Shown piece by piece: positions 53,166-64,000 of a stretch of 64,000 bases of DNA. The position numbers were made by a program, and so were the translations under genes. Position 1 is the stretch's first letter; each line of letters begins with the position of its first letter. The notes beneath the pieces are model-generated. The model worked only from the letters and a program-made list of their open reading frames with translations. It was not told the DNA's origin and did not search any database. This stretch comes from a virus, in IMG/VR virus record IMGVR_UViG_3300036981_000377, positions 36,407 through 100,406 of that record; one strand, 5' to 3'.

Positions 53166-54128
53166 TTACCCCACAGGATCGGGGCATGTTTCGCAGCCAG
53201 CGTCGCCCAACCGGCTGCCAATCACCACCAAGCTCATTTGCGTAACTTCAGAACTAAGCTTGGTTACAAAATTTTCAAGCGTGGCTACGCCGTCACTAAA
53301 GCGATCTATTTGAGTTTTTAGAGCGTCCAGCTCTGCGCAACCGCAGCAGGGCGACGCGCACGTGTCTATTAAATTAATACCGTTATCACTTGCGTTAACA
53401 GAAATACAATCTGAACCAGCAATATTAAAATTACCGTCATCTGAGCAAACGCCGTTAATGCAGCGAATGCATTCACCGGTATTGTTTACTGAGCACTCGC
53501 ATTCTGTATTTAAATTTTCGCCGGAGATAGCGTTGAAAACTATTTTGGCGGTTGTAGTGCTTGTAGCCGGCTTAACGATGATCTGCATATTTGTGCCGGC
53601 AACAAATTCGACGTCTCCGTATAGCGTGGGGCTAATTTCATTAAGGCTCACGACACGAATACCTGACACGCCGCGGATCATTGGGCGGACAACGTCTGTC
53701 TCGAGCTCGCCGTCTGTGATCGCGAACTCGTACAGGCCCTGCGGTAACGCGGCTACGTCGTCAAGGCGGCCAATAACGACATGCCCTACAGAGTCAGCAA
53801 AATCATTTATACCGCCGACAGCGTACGTCGTATTTGGCGTATGCGTAACAATCGGGATATTAGCGCTTCCAACTAAAACAGCTGTGCCGTTGTCGTTGTA
53901 CGCGACGCTGATCGTGTAACCGACTGGCGACAGTAGAATATTTTTGATGTAAAACTGATCTACTTGAACAGCTAGCCCGGCGTGCACAGGAAAATACAAC
54001 GCTAAAATAAAGCCGTCCGGTACCCGGATTGTTCCGGTAACGTCCGTCTTAGTGGCGCGCTCTGTGAACGGGTACGAACGCTGCGAGTTGTGGTTAAGCC
54101 ACTGTAAATTCCAATTTCCGATAGGCAT
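53166..54128 (-). CDS. Putative baseplate/tail protein, paralog family member
   Basis: WLNHNSQRSYPFTERAT; IRCINGV..DGNFNI; CASPCCGC followed by a coiled coil. Confidence 0.75.
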   Translation of the reverse strand: MPIGNWNLQWLNHNSQRSYPFTERATKTDVTGTIRVPDGFILALYFPVHAGLAVQVDQFYIKNILLSPVGYTISVAYNDNGTAVLVGSANIPIVTHTPNTTYAVGGINDFADSVGHVVIGRLDDVAALPQGLYEFAITDGELETDVVRPMIRGVSGIRVVSLNEISPTLYGDVEFVAGTNMQIIVKPATSTTTAKIVFNAISGENLNTECECSVNNTGECIRCINGVCSDDGNFNIAGSDCISVNASDNGINLIDTCASPCCGCAELDALKTQIDRFSDGVATLENFVTKLSSEVTQMSLVVIGSRLGDAGCETCPDPVG

Positions 54129-54143
54129 AGCAATTCACCATTT

Positions 54144-56003
54144 CTACGAGCCGGATATGGTGATAATACCTGCTAGCCGCAGCAGCCCGACTTCAGACGT
54201 ATACGTGTCCGTCGATGTTCGACGCAGCGTTACAAGTACTGTGTCGCCCTGCGCAACATTAAACTCTGCCGTTTGAACTTCGATTGCGTTGTCTGCGTTT
54301 ACCGTAACTGCAGACGCAAAAGTTAGCGGAGTAGAGTTGTCAGTAAGTATCAGCGGCTCTTGAGTAATACCAACGGGCCGGGGCAGAATGCGGTATTTAA
54401 CCTCTAAGGCAGGCAGCGTTCCTGCGCCGCGCCCAAAAAGCTGCGCCGAAATCTTCATTACGGGTGAATTACTTAGCCCGGTGTTCGGTACGTTAAATCG
54501 CACACGCACAGACGATTCCTGCGATTCAGGAAAACCAAGATAAGGGATATCGCGGTACAAGCGTTCAACAACATCGCTAAGGCGAATAATTTGAGGCGAG
54601 ATCTCGCGGTCAATTGCCGAGTCGTTAAACGACAGGCGCACGATACCTTGCTGCACGGTGACTGGTGTGGCAGGCAGCAAACCAAATGATGTTTTTTCGG
54701 CTGTTGTAAGTTCGCGCGTATTTGTGCCAGTTAATACAACTATGTCATTATCGCTAAATACGCCTTCTGTTAACCAGCCAGTTCGAAACGTATTGCCGTT
54801 GTCAATTCGCTTGAGTGCTTTGCCGCCGTTTACGTCAGGTGTGCCGACAAGGAAGTCTAGATCAAGCGACAGCTCAAGATCGCCAGTGCGGGCTGTTACG
54901 CCGTCACAGTTTGTAATTTTTATCGGGCTGGTGTCTGCGGCGTGCAGGCTGGTCACGACACTTCGATCGTTACCGAACGTCATGCGCAAGAAGGCCACGA
55001 TTACGCGCATACGTTCTTCACGCGGGCACTCCGGGCCAGTAGTTGATGAGCTAGAGCTCGTCGGCGTATCCGTCCACGGTACGTCTCCGGGGCAGTCGCT
55101 CATCCACCAAATACCGTTGGCGTCGCAAACCGCAAGTCCTGACGCGCCGAGCGGAATCTCAAAAGCGCCAGTTAAATCTTCGCCTTTATCCCAAAGAACG
55201 GCTACGGCCGATATCGGCGTCGGCGGCCACACGCGTGAAATGGCCGGATGCCCTTTCAAGTTGTACCCAAACGCTGCGCCAGCCGGCGCCTTACCGTTAA
55301 AGCTTGCGTGACTTGCAGGCAGCCAGCCCGGCGTAATTGTTACATCGGTTGCCGGATCGACTGTGACAGCATAGTGGCCGTTAGTGAGCGTGGCGGTGCC
55401 AATAACCGCCGGCGTTAGTTCGAATCGATAGTGGATGTGGTCCTCGAGAAAATCGCGGACCTGCGGCATCACTACTACCCACGGATCAGCGGCGCAGTTC
55501 TCTTTAGCGCCCTGCACGTAGCAGACAGACACAGTGGCAGGTGGCCGTTGTTTTGTTAATTTGCCCGGTTGCTCAGAAGATAAATAATATCTTCCAGCTT
55601 CTACGGCGCCGGTAATTGCATTTGTGATATTTGGCATCTTTACGATGCCGCGCAAAACTACGTCGCCTAGCGTGTTGGCTTTCTTTTTGTGCAACAATCC
55701 AAGGCAGTCAGATGACGCCTGCACAACTAGCGTCTGAGTCACCTCGTCGTTTTCAACTGCGGCAAGAGCGCGCTCATATCGCTGTGTCTGGTAATTCCAG
55801 AATACTGGCTGCCCCTCAAGTACGTCGGGCGCGATTGTGGCGTCAGCGTCAAACAACGCCTGCCCAAGGGCGGCGGCGTCGAGCCGATCCTTCAAATAAT
55901 TTGTTCTTGACTCAAGCGCTGTATCGGGCCTGCCGGCAATATTTGCTTGTACCGGCTCGCCTGCGACAATGTGCCGAATGTTATAAAGCCACTTATTGGA
56001 CAT
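54144..56003 (-). CDS. Putative tail-associated structural protein
   Basis: GEPV.A....RP...LESRTNYLK resembles tail-fibre N-termini; GRYYLS...PGKLT. Confidence 0.7.
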   Translation of the reverse strand: MSNKWLYNIRHIVAGEPVQANIAGRPDTALESRTNYLKDRLDAAALGQALFDADATIAPDVLEGQPVFWNYQTQRYERALAAVENDEVTQTLVVQASSDCLGLLHKKKANTLGDVVLRGIVKMPNITNAITGAVEAGRYYLSSEQPGKLTKQRPPATVSVCYVQGAKENCAADPWVVVMPQVRDFLEDHIHYRFELTPAVIGTATLTNGHYAVTVDPATDVTITPGWLPASHASFNGKAPAGAAFGYNLKGHPAISRVWPPTPISAVAVLWDKGEDLTGAFEIPLGASGLAVCDANGIWWMSDCPGDVPWTDTPTSSSSSTTGPECPREERMRVIVAFLRMTFGNDRSVVTSLHAADTSPIKITNCDGVTARTGDLELSLDLDFLVGTPDVNGGKALKRIDNGNTFRTGWLTEGVFSDNDIVVLTGTNTRELTTAEKTSFGLLPATPVTVQQGIVRLSFNDSAIDREISPQIIRLSDVVERLYRDIPYLGFPESQESSVRVRFNVPNTGLSNSPVMKISAQLFGRGAGTLPALEVKYRILPRPVGITQEPLILTDNSTPLTFASAVTVNADNAIEVQTAEFNVAQGDTVLVTLRRTSTDTYTSEVGLLRLAGIITISGS

Positions 56004-56028
56004 CCTTGTCCTCCGAGGCGCTTAAAAG

Positions 56029-56655
56029 TTATTCAAAAGAGATGTCCCAAGTGATACCGATCTGCGAAGATGCTTCCTTGCTTGTCTGATCGCCGATATC
56101 AAAGTTTGTACGCGCAAAAATAACGTCGTGCGATTTATCATCAAATCGCGGCATAGCGACTAGCGCGGCCGAGTACACCTTGCTGTTAGTTGTGTGGCTA
56201 AACGGGCACTCTTCGCCGTTGTTAACGCCGACTGCGCCGGATGTTTGCGCAAAAAATGTTAACTGGTTTCCCTGCAATGCAGACGTAAGCGCTGCTGCTC
56301 CCTCACTTCCAGCGGCGACGCCAAGGGCCGGCTCTAGGCGCAGAGGGACGCGCAGGTAGTCTTTTGGCGCCGTCAGCTCTGAATAATAATCAATGCCAAG
56401 TACGCGGCTAAAAGTCGGGACGGCAATTGGCGACGCAGGGTTTTCGAGGTTTTCGTATTCAAAGTACATACCCGATATAAAGTACTGATCCCTATCGGGC
56501 TGGTACCGGTACCCTAGCTGTTTTGCGGCAACGTAGCCCCAGCTGACTTGAATCTGATTAGGCTTAGAGATAATCGGCGTGCGGATGCCGGTTTTTTCGT
56601 CAATCCGCCAAAGCGTGACCTTACCGCGAACGTTAAATACGGATTCTGCTGGCAT
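56029..56655 (-). CDS. Putative tail/baseplate protein
   Basis: RGKV.....N.I...FART...K......ITWDISF pattern typical of tail-collar-like proteins. Confidence 0.6.
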   Translation of the reverse strand: MPAESVFNVRGKVTLWRIDEKTGIRTPIISKPNQIQVSWGYVAAKQLGYRYQPDRDQYFISGMYFEYENLENPASPIAVPTFSRVLGIDYYSELTAPKDYLRVPLRLEPALGVAAGSEGAAALTSALQGNQLTFFAQTSGAVGVNNGEECPFSHTTNSKVYSAALVAMPRFDDKSHDVIFARTNFDIGDQTSKEASSQIGITWDISFE

Positions 56656-56800
56656 GTTTTTACCTCTCTGCCGCTTATTATACGCAATTTGGCCCGGCCG
56701 CCCGAATTTCTGAGGCTGTTTTATGCGGGCGCGTGACTAGGCCGCTAATAGCTTATCAAAGCGGTGTTTTAACGGGTAGTGCTGCAATGACGGTTGTTTT

Positions 56801-59278
56801 TTATGTGCTGCTACTGCTGCTGGCAATGCCGAATCCTGGCAAGGTAATAATGTTTGGCGTATGCGAGGTATGCCCGCAAAATCCGACTGTGCCGCCGGCG
56901 GTCAACAACTGCGCCCCAGTAACAGGCGTAGGATCTGCTTCTGGTGTGCCAATTAACTCAAAGCCGATGTCTACCAACGCTTGAAGTGTTAAACGCGATA
57001 AAACCATGCTTCCCGGGTTCTGCAGAATTGCGCCGACCATGAGCTCGTTTTGTACGCCATAAAAACTTACAGCTAAGTTCGGATCTGTTTCGCCCGGTGC
57101 TGCCGGCCGGTAACTATTTTCCCAGTGGCCGGAGGCTGTGCCGCTACCGCCGGTGTTCTCGAGCGGCGTGTAATATCGCGTAAGCGTTGTGATGCCGTTG
57201 TACGCTGTTTGTGTGTTTGTGTAGACGCTGCCGTTTAACGCAAAATTTGCTGCAGACCACAAGGAGCCAATACCCAGCGCGTGGCCGAGCTCGTGCGCGA
57301 TTACTGTCTCCCAGAATGTTGCGGACTCAACAAATGCTTCGTTAATCGTCAGGTCAAAATATGTTGGAATATATGTATCTGGCCCGCCAGTTCCAATATT
57401 AACCACCTCAGCAAGCGAGCACGTTGCAATTGTGTTACTTTCCGGGTTGTTAAAGTATGTAATGCTATTTAATGCAATGCCAGCCCATACGGTATTTGCT
57501 GAATAAAAGTCTACGATAGCCGCGTATTTTTGCGCGTTTATCTGCAGCTTACTGGACCACCGTGCGTCCGCGACGTTTAAATACGACTTATACGGCTCCG
57601 CGACCGCAGCCCACGAAGTAGCGTCAAATAGATTTTGCGCGGTTTGGTCGCTGTTTGACGAGCTTGACGAGATACCGCTACTGCTAGAGCTGCTGCTACT
57701 AACACTGCTGCACGAGTCTGTGCAAGTTAATGTGTCGTCGTCTGTGTCGCACCACTCCACTAAAAAATGATGTTGCATATTTGTGTGGTGCAATTGATCT
57801 ACGGTGTCGGTCGATAAGGCGACGTAGTAATCTCCGGCTGGAACAACAAAAGTTCGACACATAAAGTGATTGCTGGTGTCGCACTGAATGTTTTCGTCTG
57901 ACCCCGCTATTCCTACGCGCGCAATTACGTTATTTACAAGACAATTTTTATTGCAACCGCACTCGACGCCCAACGCTGCAAATGGCTTTGGGTTATCGCA
58001 ATCACAGTTTTCTGCCTTACACTGTTGAACGCCGCACCATTCCGGCGGTAGGTCTATAGTAGGCGGTTTGCCAGAGTCGCCGGTCGGAACTCCTGTTCCG
58101 GGCCGGTATAGCGTCATGGTCGGAAAAACGAAATCTGCGCTAACGTCAACGTCGCCATATATCTCGCAGTTTCCCCACTCGGCTGGCGGCGGGCCCGGTA
58201 TTGCACCAATTGGTTTCCCGTTAGTCCCGCATTCCAGCGGCGCGTAATAAAGCAGCGCGTCGCCAACACCGGGAATAGGATAAAACGAAAAACCCGGCGG
58301 GCCGGAGCCGTCTGTTGGCGCCGCCGACCCAGCCGAAGGAATGCAGATTACTACTACAGCTGCGTACCACTGCACGACATCCGGCGAGTAGGGACCGATG
58401 AGCACATATTCTTGCTCAAAAGGATACTGCCCTTGAGGCGCATAATCCACCGGTTTTTGAGTGTAAACCTGACCCCCGGCTGCGTAAAAACGGCCGGGGA
58501 CGGCTTGCGCGGGAAAACCGTCTGGCGACGAAAACTCTAAAACATTGTCTGGGTAAAATATTTCCCAGACAAGTGTTTTACTGCACACGCGATATTGGTG
58601 ATCTGGGTATGTGCTTTGGTCCGGGTGCTGCTTTATGTCTCCCTTGCGGTAAAACTCAACTAGCGGCTCAGTCCGCGTTACCCAGTCGAAGCCCGGGTAG
58701 GCAGCTGGCCGCTCAGATTCCGGACAGCGCCTAAACCTTGGTATTTCGACGTCGCAGGTACCTAAAATATCTTCAGCTGTATCGCCTAAGCCGGCGACAT
58801 CTGCGCGCAAGCATTCGGGCGTTAAATTCGGGTGTATCGCATATGTCTCTAATGGTCCAATGTTGTACGCGCAACCAAGCATCAATGTTGAAAAATTCTG
58901 CGAATCTGGCACCATGCCAAACTGCCAGTCGCCCCTATCTTTATATTGTTCAGCGCCTATTGTCGAGTTTATCGCCAATAAAGGTGAGCAGCATTGTTGA
59001 TAACTCGAGCCTAGTGCCGCTGTGGGACAATCCACCCATAAATTGTTTTGCGTCGCGTCTCCCTCGCATTTTTTAACGATAAAGTCTCGCGGGCATGGTG
59101 TTGTTTCTAGCTTGACGAGCTTTACTTCAGCAATGTCGTATGGTGCGTCTTGTCGTTCTGTATTTCCCCAGATACTTAGCCGCACCTTTTTCGCTGTAGC
59201 AAGATTCAGCGGACAAAAAGTAAATCCGCGCTGTCTTTGCGCGCCTTCGTCAAAACTGCTTAAAAAAGAAGTAGGCAT
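56801..59278 (-). CDS. Cys-rich protein with C-terminal leishmanolysin-like (M8/GP63-type) zinc metalloprotease
   Basis: VIAHELGHALGIG (HExxH at 57281-57295), PLENTGGSGTASGHW, NELM (Met-turn), LSRLTLQALVDIGF. Confidence 0.85.
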   Translation of the reverse strand: MPTSFLSSFDEGAQRQRGFTFCPLNLATAKKVRLSIWGNTERQDAPYDIAEVKLVKLETTPCPRDFIVKKCEGDATQNNLWVDCPTAALGSSYQQCCSPLLAINSTIGAEQYKDRGDWQFGMVPDSQNFSTLMLGCAYNIGPLETYAIHPNLTPECLRADVAGLGDTAEDILGTCDVEIPRFRRCPESERPAAYPGFDWVTRTEPLVEFYRKGDIKQHPDQSTYPDHQYRVCSKTLVWEIFYPDNVLEFSSPDGFPAQAVPGRFYAAGGQVYTQKPVDYAPQGQYPFEQEYVLIGPYSPDVVQWYAAVVVICIPSAGSAAPTDGSGPPGFSFYPIPGVGDALLYYAPLECGTNGKPIGAIPGPPPAEWGNCEIYGDVDVSADFVFPTMTLYRPGTGVPTGDSGKPPTIDLPPEWCGVQQCKAENCDCDNPKPFAALGVECGCNKNCLVNNVIARVGIAGSDENIQCDTSNHFMCRTFVVPAGDYYVALSTDTVDQLHHTNMQHHFLVEWCDTDDDTLTCTDSCSSVSSSSSSSSGISSSSSNSDQTAQNLFDATSWAAVAEPYKSYLNVADARWSSKLQINAQKYAAIVDFYSANTVWAGIALNSITYFNNPESNTIATCSLAEVVNIGTGGPDTYIPTYFDLTINEAFVESATFWETVIAHELGHALGIGSLWSAANFALNGSVYTNTQTAYNGITTLTRYYTPLENTGGSGTASGHWENSYRPAAPGETDPNLAVSFYGVQNELMVGAILQNPGSMVLSRLTLQALVDIGFELIGTPEADPTPVTGAQLLTAGGTVGFCGHTSHTPNIITLPGFGIASSSSST

Positions 59279-59325
59279 TTAAGTTCTCTAATTTGCAATT
59301 ATTAAATTACGTTTAATACCAGATT

Positions 59326-64000
<4,675 letters not shown>

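Overview
A gene-dense 64 kb segment of a large tailed dsDNA phage genome, read with the standard genetic code and almost entirely on the minus strand. The host is probably in the Planctomycetota, inferred from a planctomycete-style FGE/SUMF1 domain, GACC cysteine repeats, a planctomycete-type nucleoid-protein-like ORF and csrA. The left part (1-42 kb) is an accessory, metabolic and regulatory region. It holds tRNA-Gln(TTG), tRNA-Thr(TGT), a 143-nt tRNA-like RNA, a DEDDh exonuclease, the ADP-heptose enzymes HldE and HldD, an HTH + deoxyhypusine-synthase-like protein, MazG-like and dATP/dGTP diphosphohydrolases, a MoxR/CbbQ-type AAA+ / vWA pair, a GpA-type terminase large subunit, a primase-type zinc-finger protein, CsrA and many small ORFs. 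The right part (42-64 kb) is a putative virion (tail/baseplate/adhesin) operon of unusually Cys-rich, poly-Ser-carrying proteins, including five tandem paralogs, a leishmanolysin-like metalloprotease and a giant Ser-repeat/FGE protein that runs off the window. The most notable signals are: (1) poly-Ser tracts on nearly every structural protein alongside phage-encoded heptose biosynthesis, a candidate virion O-glycosylation system; (2) phage CsrA with canonical GGA-loop hairpins over several phage RBS/start codons; (3) all three plus-strand genes start back-to-back with a minus-strand gene at a shared CATG or CATATG; (4) a tRNA-like ncRNA; (5) a family of mosaic small ORFs sharing a ~24-bp DNA repeat and a C-terminal module that also provides the next gene's RBS. 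Family names are from motif recognition, not database searches.
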